Source: Candidatus Babelota bacterium (GTDB lineage: Bacteria > Babelota > Babeliae > Babelales > Vermiphilaceae). Taken from it: a stretch of DNA of 32,000 nucleotides. The stretch covers positions 960,001 through 992,000 of the forward strand of contig JBDHVY010000001.1 of the NCBI GenBank assembly GCA_039809905.1, in the 5' to 3' direction. The notes beneath the pieces were generated by a model that ran no database searches, was not told the origin of the DNA, and worked only from the letters and a program-made list of their open reading frames with translations. The position numbers were made by a program, and so were the translations under genes. Below are positions 8,111-17,740 of this stretch, piece after piece (position 1 is the first letter of the stretch; every line of letters starts with the position of its first letter).

Positions 8111-8881
8111 ATGACGTTAGTTCAAGCCTGGATAGATTCAATACAATTATTAAGACCAAAAAATTTAAAGTTATTTGCCTTGGTGACGATAAAATCGATT
8201 CTTGAGGCGTATAAATCAGTGTTTAAATATTTTTGGTGGCTACTTCTCATCTGTCTTATGATATCTGGCTATAGATTACTGATTGTTGATAGTAGAGATA
8301 TGGCAAGTCTTGTGCGCTATGCGCAAGTCCGTGGTGTTGTTTATTTGCTATATACATTATTTTTTTTGGGAATTTGTTTTATTACTCGTCCATCTATAGC
8401 AAAAAAAGATTGCGCTTATTTCCGTAATCAATATGCGAAAATTATTTTATATTGGTTACTGTGGGCGGCTTTAATGTTCGTTGCCGCTACGTATCGTTTT
8501 ATGCCTCTATTTTGGGTAAGTGCATATTCTGCATGGTATATATTTACCGTGCTTTTTTTTGCAGATTCTTCTGGTGGTCCCAAAAATTTCTTTCTTTCTA
8601 TGTGGCACGCGGTAAAAATGATCCTTTTCAACCTACCGTTATTATTGGTAGCAAGTGCGTTTTTTTATTGCTCAGAGATTCTTTTTTTTCAGATCATAAA
8701 AAGAGGTATTGTTTTCTTTGTTTCTGAAGAAAATGCTATGGCACAAGCACTTATTTTTGTGCGAATCATAAGCAACTTCCTTGGAGTTTTATTAATGCCC
8801 ATTGGTGTATGCACCTATGCAAATATTTATATTAAAAAATTACATGACCAATTTGATCTATATGTAAAGCAGCCTCAATAA
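8111..8881 (+). CDS. Multi-pass membrane protein, unknown function
   Basis: 256-aa ORF with a GAGGA/GAAGG SD and about six hydrophobic helices. It is the first gene of the co-directional block. Confidence 0.7.
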   Translation: MTLVQAWIDSIQLLRPKNLKLFALVTIKSILEAYKSVFKYFWWLLLICLMISGYRLLIVDSRDMASLVRYAQVRGVVYLLYTLFFLGICFITRPSIAKKDCAYFRNQYAKIILYWLLWAALMFVAATYRFMPLFWVSAYSAWYIFTVLFFADSSGGPKNFFLSMWHAVKMILFNLPLLLVASAFFYCSEILFFQIIKRGIVFFVSEENAMAQALIFVRIISNFLGVLLMPIGVCTYANIYIKKLHDQFDLYVKQPQ

Positions 8882-8890
8882 AGGAGTCTT

Positions 8891-9625
8891 ATGGAAATTG
8901 GAGTGATTCTCAGGAATCTTTTTTCACGTTTTTTGCTTGTTGTAGTGACAATTATTTTTTTCATTCCAATTGCTGTTTTTATTTGTATTCCTGAAAAATA
9001 TCGATATAAATATCCTGTTATTTTTTATCCCGTTCATTGGTTTTATGTCGCATTATTGAAAATAACTTTTTTGCGCATTACCTATAAAGGTTTAGAAAAT
9101 ATTCCAAAAAATCAGGCCGTTATTTTTGCAGCAAATCATCAATCAACGCTCGATATTCCACTCGTTGGGGTATTATCAAAAGGAGTGCCGCATGTATGGC
9201 TTGCCAAAGCTGAATTAATGGATTCTATTTTTATTCGTTGGCTTGTGCCTCTTATATCAGTTTTGGTGGATGTTTCTTCGCCGCGTAATGCAATGTTATC
9301 ATTGCGTAAAATAATAAATATTGTAAATAATCACCACCGTAATCTCATGATTTTCCCTGAAGGTACCAGGCGTATTGATGGAAAAGTTCATGAATTTTTT
9401 GGTGGTTTTGCCATTATTGCAAAAAAAACAGGTCGGCCAGTTGTGCCGGTATGTATCATAGGTATTAATAAAGCATATCCGCCAGAAACATTTTTACTTC
9501 ATCTCTATCCTGTTACTGTTATTGTAGGTAAGCCTTTTACCTATGAACAAGATGATACGGATGAAATATTTAAGCAGCGAGTGAGTAATTGGTTCACTGA
9601 GCAGATGGAGCGTAATCAATGTTGA
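8891..9625 (+). CDS. plsC: 1-acyl-sn-glycerol-3-phosphate acyltransferase
   Basis: 244 aa with AAGGAG SD, an N-terminal TM, and acyltransferase motifs NHQSTLD (HX4D) and FPEGTR. Confidence 0.9.
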   Translation: MEIGVILRNLFSRFLLVVVTIIFFIPIAVFICIPEKYRYKYPVIFYPVHWFYVALLKITFLRITYKGLENIPKNQAVIFAANHQSTLDIPLVGVLSKGVPHVWLAKAELMDSIFIRWLVPLISVLVDVSSPRNAMLSLRKIINIVNNHHRNLMIFPEGTRRIDGKVHEFFGGFAIIAKKTGRPVVPVCIIGINKAYPPETFLLHLYPVTVIVGKPFTYEQDDTDEIFKQRVSNWFTEQMERNQC

Positions 9626-10611
9626 ATTATTTCTTTATGCGTTGTGCATATCCATGGTATAGTGTTGCATTATTGATTATTCTTTTTTGTGTTATGCTTG
9701 CACGAAAATTTTTACATAAAGTTGTTGTGTATCGATACTCGTTGGGTAATGTACTCAAGAGAAAAAATATCGGTAATCATTTTCATAAAAATTTTTTTTA
9801 TTTGTTACGCTTTCTTGTCTTGTTATGGCTTGCCTTGGCTGTTGCTAAATGGCAGATTGTTGATTCGCGATCAAAAATTCCTGTTTCTGGCATAGATATT
9901 GTTTTGGTTTTGGATGTTTCAGGTAGTATGCAGTATAGAGATTATGATGATGATCAGCGTTCCCGTTTTGATGTAGCAAAATCAGAAGCAATTCGTTTTA
10001 TAGAAAAGCGTCATGCTGATGCGATTGGTCTTGTGTTGTTTGGTAAAGATACTGTTTCTCGCTGTCCAATTACTTTTGATAAACAGATGTTGCAGAATAT
10101 GGTAGACGAGTTGAAAATTGGGGTTATTGATGCTGATGGTACAATGCTTATTACAGGAATTGTTACGGCAGCAAATCGTTTAAAGCATTCTGAATCAAAG
10201 AGTAAAGTTATGATTGTTCTTACTGATGGAGAACCAAGTGAAGGTGATATGGATCCTTCAGTTGGTATTGATGTTGCAAAGAAATTGGGCATAAAAATCT
10301 ATACCGTTGGTATTGGCAGTGAGCAAGATCAAGTATTTATGCATCCGCTTTACGGAATTGTGACTAAACATAAAGTTAATAAAGATTTATTGACAAAAAT
10401 TGCACAGCAAACAGGCGGACATTACTTTTTAGCGCGCAATGCCGGAGACATGAGACGTATTTATGATACAATTGATGGATTAGAAAAAACAGAACATGAA
10501 GTTCCAATGTTTAGTTTGTATTATGATTTAATGATACCTTTTGTTGCTGTTATTATGGTGCTTTTACTTGGTGAATTATTTTTTTCAACATATGTGTGGT
10601 TTAGACTATGA
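9619..10611 (+). CDS. batA: VWA-domain membrane protein, BatA-type
   Basis: 330 aa with N- and C-terminal TM helices and VWA/MIDAS motifs (VLDVSGSM, TDGEPS). The start overlaps the plsC stop (ATGTTGA, 9619-9625). Confidence 0.85.
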   Translation: MLNYFFMRCAYPWYSVALLIILFCVMLARKFLHKVVVYRYSLGNVLKRKNIGNHFHKNFFYLLRFLVLLWLALAVAKWQIVDSRSKIPVSGIDIVLVLDVSGSMQYRDYDDDQRSRFDVAKSEAIRFIEKRHADAIGLVLFGKDTVSRCPITFDKQMLQNMVDELKIGVIDADGTMLITGIVTAANRLKHSESKSKVMIVLTDGEPSEGDMDPSVGIDVAKKLGIKIYTVGIGSEQDQVFMHPLYGIVTKHKVNKDLLTKIAQQTGGHYFLARNAGDMRRIYDTIDGLEKTEHEVPMFSLYYDLMIPFVAVIMVLLLGELFFSTYVWFRL

Positions 10612-11597
10612 ATATACATTGGGCGTCACTTAATAATATCTGGTGTTTTGTGATAGCTATTATAGTAATACTATTACTGTGTATTCGTTATCGCAAACAA
10701 CGTAAAGCACAAGAACTTTTAGTGGGAATGCATTATGAGTTTTTGCGTAATCATTCAATAAAAAAGCAATTGTTAAAAAATATTTTTTTTAGCATAGGGT
10801 TTTTATTTTTATGTGTCGCATTATTGCGTCCACAATGGAATAAATCAGAAGAAGTGGTTATGCAAGAAGGACGCGACTTATATATTGCGCTTGATATTTC
10901 TCGCAGCATGTTAGCTGCTGATTGTCAGCCAAATCGTTTATTGTTTGCAAAACAAAAAATTAAGCATCTTGTGAAACATCTTTCTTGTGAACGAGTAGGC
11001 CTTATTCTTTTTTCTGGCTCTGCGTTTGTACAATGTCCCTTGACATCTGATTATGCAGCTTTTTATTTATATCTTGATGCGGTTGATGCTGAATTAATCT
11101 CTTCAGGATCTACTGCTCTTGATCAAGCAATACGGCAAGCGTTGACGTCATTTGCATCTGTGCCTGATCGCAAAAATAAACTGCTTGTATTATTCACTGA
11201 TGGTGAAGATTTTTCGAACAATCTTGCTGATATTAAATATGAAGCAGAAGATGCACATCTTTCTATTTTTACTATTGGAGTTGGAACTCCTGAGGGAGCT
11301 CCCGTGCCACTATTTGATCAACATGGCAATAGTATGGGGCATCAAAAAGATGCGCAAGGCGGAGTGGTAATATCTCGTCTTAACGAAGGTATATTACATT
11401 CTCTTTCCGAAGGAGCTGGTGGCCGTTATATTCGTGCAACAGATAATAATAATGATGATATTTTTGATTTTATAAAAACGGTACAAGCATTTGAAAAAGA
11501 AGAACTTGGTGAACAAAAATTATCGCACTACGAAGATCAATACCATTATTTTTTGTTAGTAAGCTTTATTTGTTTTGCTATTGAGTGGTTATTATGA
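10608..11597 (+). CDS. batB: VWA-domain membrane protein, BatB-type
   Basis: 329 aa with an N-terminal TM and VWA motifs (ALDISRSM, FTDGEDFS). ATGA overlap with the batA stop. Confidence 0.85.
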   Translation: MNIHWASLNNIWCFVIAIIVILLLCIRYRKQRKAQELLVGMHYEFLRNHSIKKQLLKNIFFSIGFLFLCVALLRPQWNKSEEVVMQEGRDLYIALDISRSMLAADCQPNRLLFAKQKIKHLVKHLSCERVGLILFSGSAFVQCPLTSDYAAFYLYLDAVDAELISSGSTALDQAIRQALTSFASVPDRKNKLLVLFTDGEDFSNNLADIKYEAEDAHLSIFTIGVGTPEGAPVPLFDQHGNSMGHQKDAQGGVVISRLNEGILHSLSEGAGGRYIRATDNNNDDIFDFIKTVQAFEKEELGEQKLSHYEDQYHYFLLVSFICFAIEWLL

Positions 11598-12736
11598 AAA
11601 TATTGAGCAAGAAAAGCATTGTTGTATTTGTTGCATTGCATGCAATGATGGTTACTCATCCTTTTGCGTATGATGCTGCAATTTATGCAGCGCAAAAAGG
11701 TGATATAAAGTCTGCTGATCAGCAATTACGTACTATGGTTACTCATTCTCCAGATAACGCACAAGTGTTATATGACGCAGGTGTTATTGCGGATAAATTA
11801 AATAACACTCAGCAAGCAGCTGCATATTTTTCTCGTGCAGCAGAATATGCAGGTAATGACAAAAATTTACAATTTCAGGCGTATTTTAATGCTGCTAATG
11901 CAAGCGTTGCTCATAAAGATTTAAAAAATGCTCTTACTCATTATGATAAAGCATTGGTCATAAAGCCTGAAAATGAATATGCCAGGCACAATCGTGATCG
12001 AGTTGCTCAAATGCTTAAAGAGCAAGAGAAAAATGATCAACAAAAAAAGAAAAATGATAAAAACGAACAAAAAGAAAACGATAATGAAAATAATGACCAA
12101 CAAGGACAGCAAGAAAAAGATAATACATCTGGTGATGATGGTGACCAAGAGCAACAAAATAATGATAATGGGCAACAAGAAGGTAAAGATCAGCAGCAAA
12201 AGAACAATAATAATTCATCAGATGATGGATTAAATGAAAAGTCCCAAAGTGAGCAAGGAAAAGACTCCGCACAAGATAGCAAGCGTGAAGAAGGAAAACA
12301 GCAAGGGAACAAAGAAAAGGGTGACCAGAACAGCGCTAATAATCAGGAGCGGGATAGTGAGCAAGACTTTGATAAAAAATCTGATCATGCAGATGATAAG
12401 GGAGAGAAGCAGCAGGGTAAGCAACATAAAAAAACTCCTGAAAAAGAAAACATAGCGGAAGATAATACCAGTTTATCATCTGATGATAAACAAGGGCAAG
12501 ATAAAGATAAAACGGAGCAAGGATCTGGTAACGCTTTACAGGATGGAGGTAAAGAGGAACAAAATCTTGTTGATGCCCAACAAGAAAAAGAACAGGAATT
12601 GGAAAAAAAATTAAACGATCCGTGGTTATTAAATGTTTTGAATGATCAAGAAATGCGTGATAAGGCGATGAATAAACGATTAATGGAAGCAAAAGTTCGT
12701 CAGTATGGTGGAAAAAATGGTCAGAATAATTGGTAA
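11594..12736 (+). CDS. batC: TPR-repeat protein, BatC-type, with long acidic/Gln-Asn-Lys low-complexity region
   Basis: The track start is 11585. I prefer the ATG at 11594, which makes an ATGA overlap with the batB stop. It has a signal-like N-terminus and TPR-like helices (AQVLYDAGVIADKLNNTQQAAAYFSRA, ALTHYDKALVIKPENEYA), followed by ~195 aa of low complexity. Confidence 0.75.
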   Translation: MKILSKKSIVVFVALHAMMVTHPFAYDAAIYAAQKGDIKSADQQLRTMVTHSPDNAQVLYDAGVIADKLNNTQQAAAYFSRAAEYAGNDKNLQFQAYFNAANASVAHKDLKNALTHYDKALVIKPENEYARHNRDRVAQMLKEQEKNDQQKKKNDKNEQKENDNENNDQQGQQEKDNTSGDDGDQEQQNNDNGQQEGKDQQQKNNNNSSDDGLNEKSQSEQGKDSAQDSKREEGKQQGNKEKGDQNSANNQERDSEQDFDKKSDHADDKGEKQQGKQHKKTPEKENIAEDNTSLSSDDKQGQDKDKTEQGSGNALQDGGKEEQNLVDAQQEKEQELEKKLNDPWLLNVLNDQEMRDKAMNKRLMEAKVRQYGGKNGQNNW

Positions 12737-14429
12737 GATAGGATTGTTGGTTATTGGTTTTTTTGTGATGCATATAGATGCACGCATTACCATGAAAATT
12801 CGTTCTGAAAATGAAACTCATAATCAGGTAATTGTTGGTCAACCATTTACTCTAGAAGTTATTATAGATGATGTATATGGATCAGTTCAAGCTCCTATTA
12901 TCAAAGGTCTTGACGGTTGTATTTGTCAACTTGTTGGTACGTATTCAACAAGCATTAATGGAAAAGCAACTGCTCGTTATTCATATAACATACGAATTGA
13001 TAAACTAGGAACTTATATTATTGGTCCTGCGATAGTGCGCCATCAACAACAAGAACTTATTTCTAATCAACTACAAGTTTCGGTAGTAAAAGATCTTGGT
13101 GTTGTTGCACAAAAAAATAAGGCCAATGCTGCTGATAGCTCACGAGCATTTTTGCGATTGGTTCTTGATACAGAAGCGGCAGTTGTAGGACAAAAAATAA
13201 GTTGTGCTTTGCGTTTTTATTTTCAAGATTCATCTTTGTCTTTACAATCTATTGGTGTTCCTGAATTATCTCATTTTGATGTAAAAGAAATAAGCAAATC
13301 ACAATCAGGAATAGCTGAAATTGATGGTGAGCAGTATCATTATGGACAATGGCAATGGGATATGTATCCTACAAAGCAAGGAGAATTGATTATTCCTGCT
13401 TATAGCGCTGATTACGAAATACCAAACAAGGAAAACAACCATATGCTAGGTGGTTTTTTTATGTTCATTGGTAATCGTGTTGAGCACAAGAGAGTATATT
13501 CCAATGCAGCAAGCATAAAAGTCTCACCTTTGCCCCAATATAATGGTCAAGTAGATGCAGTAGGTTCTTTTGAACGTTTTTCCGCTGATATAAAACCTGG
13601 TATTGCAAAAGAAGGGGAAGGGATGGTGCTTACTCTTGAAATAGAAGGCAATGGAAACTTGCAAGCAATAGCAGTGCCAAAATTAAAAATGCCTGATGTA
13701 TTAAAATATTATGATTCTAAAAATGAAGTAATTTCCCCGCAATATGATGACGAATTACCTAAAAAGAGATTTGAGTTTATTGTGCAAGGAATGAAGGCAG
13801 GAACATATGAAATTCCAGAACAACTTTTTACGTATTTTGATACTGAAAAAAATATGTACGTGACACTTGTTACTTGTCCTCTTGCTGTATCGATTATGCC
13901 CGGAATGATTAATTCAAAAAAAATTGAATCGTACACCAATGAAGATCCTACAATACTACCTATGCCTGATAATAGCGATATTTCTGATATCAATAACGTG
14001 GGTGTTTGGTATCCTGTTTCAGAGCGAGAACCATTGCAATGGTGGTTGTTTCAGATATTGTTTATGCTTCCTTTTTTGTATGTTGGATATCCAATTATTT
14101 TCGAACGTTTTGTTGTATTAACTGGTAATTCGGCTCGATTTATTCGCAGGCGCGCATTTAAACAAGCGCGTAAAAAAATAAAACATAGTATGCAATATAA
14201 TCAAAAACAAGCATTGTATTCTATTTTTGTAGAATTGTTTCAAACAACAGATATCCATTCGATTGAAACTATTTTTCAAAAAAAAGGATTATTGGATCTT
14301 TTAAATGAATGGAATGATTTTTTTGAGCGTATTAGGTATGTTGCATATGCGCAATCAGATAACAATAATACTGATGAATTATGTGGGATGGCACAGCAAT
14401 GGTTAGATCGTTTAGAAAAAATTATATAA
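12705..14429 (+). CDS. batD: BatD-type (oxygen-tolerance family) membrane-anchored protein
   Basis: 574 aa with an N-terminal signal/TM (start at 12705 or 12717) and a C-terminal TM (WWLFQILFMLPFLYVGYPIIF). Size and position after batC fit BatD. Assigned by context and architecture only. Confidence 0.75.
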   Translation: MVEKMVRIIGKIGLLVIGFFVMHIDARITMKIRSENETHNQVIVGQPFTLEVIIDDVYGSVQAPIIKGLDGCICQLVGTYSTSINGKATARYSYNIRIDKLGTYIIGPAIVRHQQQELISNQLQVSVVKDLGVVAQKNKANAADSSRAFLRLVLDTEAAVVGQKISCALRFYFQDSSLSLQSIGVPELSHFDVKEISKSQSGIAEIDGEQYHYGQWQWDMYPTKQGELIIPAYSADYEIPNKENNHMLGGFFMFIGNRVEHKRVYSNAASIKVSPLPQYNGQVDAVGSFERFSADIKPGIAKEGEGMVLTLEIEGNGNLQAIAVPKLKMPDVLKYYDSKNEVISPQYDDELPKKRFEFIVQGMKAGTYEIPEQLFTYFDTEKNMYVTLVTCPLAVSIMPGMINSKKIESYTNEDPTILPMPDNSDISDINNVGVWYPVSEREPLQWWLFQILFMLPFLYVGYPIIFERFVVLTGNSARFIRRRAFKQARKKIKHSMQYNQKQALYSIFVELFQTTDIHSIETIFQKKGLLDLLNEWNDFFERIRYVAYAQSDNNNTDELCGMAQQWLDRLEKII

Positions 14430-15142
14430 TACTTTTTCTTTATCTCTATGGTATACCAGTACTTGGTGCAGGTTATAATAATGAAGAACATTTTTTACGT
14501 GGTAATGCATATTATAAAGAAAAAAAATATGATAAAGCATTCGCTGAATATGATATAATAAGTAAAAAAGGACGTGCTATTTTATTTAATATGGGTAATT
14601 GTTTGTTTTATATGAATGATTATCCTCGTGCGCTTGTCTATTGGTCACGCGCAGAGATTGGAGCAACACCGAGAGAATACGCCATTATTTTGCGTAATAA
14701 AGAAATTGCCTTTAAAAAATTAGGAATATCGAAAAAAAAGGATTGGCGACAAAATTGTGCTGAATGTGCGCAATCATATGTGCCATTTGTTTCGTTATTT
14801 CTTTTGCAAATTTTATTTCTTTTATGTTTGTGGGTATGTATTTTTTTAATGCAGGGAAAACAAACGAGATCAAAGAAAATAATTCAATGGTTTTTATACT
14901 TTTTTCTTGCGGTGTGTGCTGTAATATTATCAGTTCGTTATGTGTATGATAATAATCAGCGAGCTATTGTTATAAAAAAAGAAGGAAAGCTTCTGGCGGG
15001 TCCGGACAAGAATTTTCAGGTAGTTGCTCTGGTTCCATATGCTGATGAAGTAAAAATCAAGGAATCAAGAGAAGGGTGGTATAAAATCCAATATGCTGAT
15101 ATGATTGGCTGGGTTGAGACAGATATCATTCACATTATTTAA
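14399..15142 (+). CDS. batE: TPR + SH3b-domain membrane protein, BatE-type
   Basis: The track start is 14381. The ATG at 14399 gives a signal-like N-terminus, MVRSFRKNYIILFLYLYGIPVLGAG. TPR-like repeats (FLRGNAYYKEKKYDKAFAEYD, MGNCLFYMNDYPRALVYWSRA), TM helices, and a C-terminal SH3b-like segment (EGWYKIQYADMIGWVETDII). Confidence 0.7.
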   Translation: MVRSFRKNYIILFLYLYGIPVLGAGYNNEEHFLRGNAYYKEKKYDKAFAEYDIISKKGRAILFNMGNCLFYMNDYPRALVYWSRAEIGATPREYAIILRNKEIAFKKLGISKKKDWRQNCAECAQSYVPFVSLFLLQILFLLCLWVCIFLMQGKQTRSKKIIQWFLYFFLAVCAVILSVRYVYDNNQRAIVIKKEGKLLAGPDKNFQVVALVPYADEVKIKESREGWYKIQYADMIGWVETDIIHII

Positions 15143-15158
15143 ATAGGTAAGACTCTTA

Positions 15159-15195
15159 ATGGGGGTTCCCATGTGGAATATAATAAAACATGGGG
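15159..15195. repeat. GC-rich palindromic element, copy C
   Basis: ATGGG-GGTT-CCCAT (15159-15172). CCCATGT (15168-15174) is complementary to ACATGGG (15188-15194) with a 13-nt loop. It lies between the batE stop and the M23 peptidase start. Confidence 0.5.
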
Positions 15196-15208
15196 TTGTG
15201 GTATATAT

Positions 15209-16234
15209 ATGGTTGATAATCGCTTTCCTGTTGCTTATTCCGTATTATTAGCTTTTTTTTCAAGTATCATGGTTGTTCTCATGATACTTCTTTTCGTTGA
15301 GTATCGTTTTTTTTGTCGTCATGTTAATGAATTATCAGTACTCAAACAACAATATAGTTATTGCATTGATTTGTTACAGAAAAGAACGAATAATAGCACG
15401 TTAGACGTTGTACAGAATTTTGAAGAAAATGAGATGCTTAGTGCTGATGATACCGGAGAAGAAATGAGTGAAGAATCAGCAATAATTATGCATGATATTG
15501 CTGCTGCTGAGATTAGTGATGCTCCTGATAATGATGATGAATATGCGGATGATTCGTTTGTGGTTATTAATAGACATCCCGATTATCTCAAACAATCAAC
15601 TCTTGATTACATGCAATCACAAGAATTAAATGCGTTAATGACAGCTATTGATATTGATCGTTGGTCTGATTATACCGAATCATTTGATACTCATGCACCT
15701 AAAACATCAGAGATTAATAAAGTAGCAACCAAGAAAGAATCAAATGTACTTGTTGGTAAAGCTATTGGGCAACAAAAAGAAGTAAAAAAGATTTCTGGAG
15801 TTCGACGTGCAGTTAAAGAATGTGGATTCATTTGGCCAATAGATATGAATAAATTTTGGTTAAGTTCACTATTTGGTCCACGTAAACGTATTGATGGTAC
15901 GTGGGGATTCCATCATGGAATTGACATGGCTGCCGTAAAAGGAACAATAGTAAAAGCTGTGCGTTCAGGAACAGTGGTGGAGGCATCATTTCAGGCTGGC
16001 TATGGTAACACGGTTGTTATAAAACATACAGATGCAATAAAAACTCGATATGCACATTTGCATGCAATTCGTGTAAATGTGGGGCAAAAAATTAAACAGG
16101 CGGCAATAGTAGGTACTGTTGGAGAAACGGGGTTTATTAGAAAAAAAGGAAAAGATGGTTCGCACCTTCATTTTGAAGTATATGAATATGGTAAGCGAAT
16201 TAATCCACTGAATTGTTTACCACGAATGACTTAG
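15209..16234 (+). CDS. M23-family (LytM/NlpD-like) metallopeptidase, membrane anchored
   Basis: M23 motifs FHHGIDMAA ... GYGNTVVIKH ... GSHLHFEV, an N-terminal TM and an acidic linker. The track starts at GTG 15173, inside the hairpin element. I prefer ATG 15209, but neither start has a good SD. Confidence 0.88.
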   Translation: MVDNRFPVAYSVLLAFFSSIMVVLMILLFVEYRFFCRHVNELSVLKQQYSYCIDLLQKRTNNSTLDVVQNFEENEMLSADDTGEEMSEESAIIMHDIAAAEISDAPDNDDEYADDSFVVINRHPDYLKQSTLDYMQSQELNALMTAIDIDRWSDYTESFDTHAPKTSEINKVATKKESNVLVGKAIGQQKEVKKISGVRRAVKECGFIWPIDMNKFWLSSLFGPRKRIDGTWGFHHGIDMAAVKGTIVKAVRSGTVVEASFQAGYGNTVVIKHTDAIKTRYAHLHAIRVNVGQKIKQAAIVGTVGETGFIRKKGKDGSHLHFEVYEYGKRINPLNCLPRMT

Positions 16235-16270
16235 AAGATAAATTGGGGTTATAATTAATAAGGATTAGCG

Positions 16271-17245
16271 ATGGCTCAACATAAAACAAAAAAACAGCAA
16301 ACATGGCGAGAAAGTATTATAGAATTTGGTTCTCTTTTAATTATTGTTTTTTTAATTCGTACTTTTGGATTTGGATTGTATCAAGTTCCAACAGGATCAA
16401 TGGAAACAACAATGCTTGTAGGAGAGCGTTTTTTTGCCGATAAATTTTCATATAATTTTAGACAACCTCGACGTGGCGAAATTATAGCGTTTAATGATCC
16501 AAATTTTAAATATTCAACCAATCCCCTTATAAAATTATTTCAGCGGTACGTGTGGGGGCCATCTAACTGGACAAAACGTGTCATTGGTGTACCTGGCGAT
16601 GTTATTCGTGGTGTTATCGAAGATGGTAAACCAGTTGTGTATCGCAATGGTGAAAAAATAGAAGAATCTTACATTAATGCTTATCCATTGATTCATGTAT
16701 ATAAAGACAATCCTGCTGATATTAAAGACAAAATAGAAAGTGAAGTTCAAAAGATTTCCCGCGGTTATAGAGTTAATCAAGCTGAAGTCGATCGTTATGT
16801 TGCTCAGCGCTTAGATCAAGAATCAACATGGCGTTCATATGATTCAAGTAAAGCATATGATCAACAGCCATTCTATGATTTATCTGAGGATCGAATAGTC
16901 AAAGATAAAGATGGGGTATATGAGCAACGTATTCCTGGTACACCATTGCTATCACGAAATGGAAAAACATCGCCAAATGAAACGATGAATAATTGGAATG
17001 ATTCAGATGTTTTTTATGTTAAGCTTGGTGCCGATGAATATTGGTGTATGGGTGATAATAGATTAGGTAGTTACGATTGTCGTTTTTTTGGACCAATTAA
17101 AGAACAAGAAATTCACGGCAGAATTATATTCCGTATTTGGTCTGTTGATAGTGATGAATCATGGTGGATTGTTGATTTAATAAAACATCCGATTAATTTC
17201 TGGCAACGAGTTCGTTGGAACAGGTTCTTCCAAATAATGAGTTAA
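16271..17245 (+). CDS. lepB: Signal peptidase I
   Basis: 324 aa with AAGGA SD and an N-terminal TM. S26 boxes are present: GSMETTM (catalytic Ser), RRGEIIAF, and GDNRLGSYDCRFFGPI. Confidence 0.93.
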   Translation: MAQHKTKKQQTWRESIIEFGSLLIIVFLIRTFGFGLYQVPTGSMETTMLVGERFFADKFSYNFRQPRRGEIIAFNDPNFKYSTNPLIKLFQRYVWGPSNWTKRVIGVPGDVIRGVIEDGKPVVYRNGEKIEESYINAYPLIHVYKDNPADIKDKIESEVQKISRGYRVNQAEVDRYVAQRLDQESTWRSYDSSKAYDQQPFYDLSEDRIVKDKDGVYEQRIPGTPLLSRNGKTSPNETMNNWNDSDVFYVKLGADEYWCMGDNRLGSYDCRFFGPIKEQEIHGRIIFRIWSVDSDESWWIVDLIKHPINFWQRVRWNRFFQIMS

Positions 17246-17260
17246 ATAATAAGGGAAGAA

Positions 17261-17734
17261 ATGTTTCGGGTTATGGCAGTTTTTTATCTCTTTATGAGTT
17301 CTTTTGGACAAGGGATGAGTAAAACTTTGTGTGATGACAAAGCAATATTTTCTATGTGGGTACTTTCACAAAAGCAAGAGTTAATCAAAGAAGTAAAGAA
17401 TGAGATTATTCAACGTTACATTGAAACAAAAAGGTTGCAATGCAGATTTGTCCGGAACAGAATCATACAAGGAATAGATATTACTGTTGAGGATTTAATT
17501 TTATTGCCAGACAATTACATTAAGGGATTCTATCAACTCAATGGATTGTGCCTTAGTTATTCAAGATATGGGCATTTGGATTATTGCTCAAAGGAAGATT
17601 ATGAGCTAGTTTGTAATTTGCCAAAATGCCTTAAGGATAAATTTAAGATTTTTTTTTGCGAAAACAATCATGACCTAGTGAGGAGAGTTTTTGTAATAGG
17701 AGATGGAATTAAAGAGATTTTTTCCGAGGATTAG
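17261..17734 (+). CDS. Hypothetical protein, tandem paralogue 1
   Basis: 157 aa with AAGGGA SD and a hydrophobic N-terminus. It shares IFSMWVLSQ / LFLWRILSQ and SKEDYE..LP...KIFF / SQEEYE..VP..KIIF blocks with the next ORF. Confidence 0.55.
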   Translation: MFRVMAVFYLFMSSFGQGMSKTLCDDKAIFSMWVLSQKQELIKEVKNEIIQRYIETKRLQCRFVRNRIIQGIDITVEDLILLPDNYIKGFYQLNGLCLSYSRYGHLDYCSKEDYELVCNLPKCLKDKFKIFFCENNHDLVRRVFVIGDGIKEIFSED

Positions 17735-17740
17735 AAGCTA

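Noticed and set aside
11921-12842. Six overlapping ORFs in multiple frames on both strands, including a 168-aa minus-strand ORF
   Set aside because: They are an artefact of the stop-poor A/G-rich low-complexity region of batC. Translations are homopolymeric-like (I/L/F/K runs), and the batC frame is supported by flanking TPR and C-terminal segments and by operon coupling.
15173-15208. GTG start (15173) of the M23 peptidase ORF used by the track
   Set aside because: The GTG lies in the stem of the GC-rich hairpin and adds 12 residues before the TM helix. ATG 15209 is preferred, although neither start has a good SD, so this remains uncertain.
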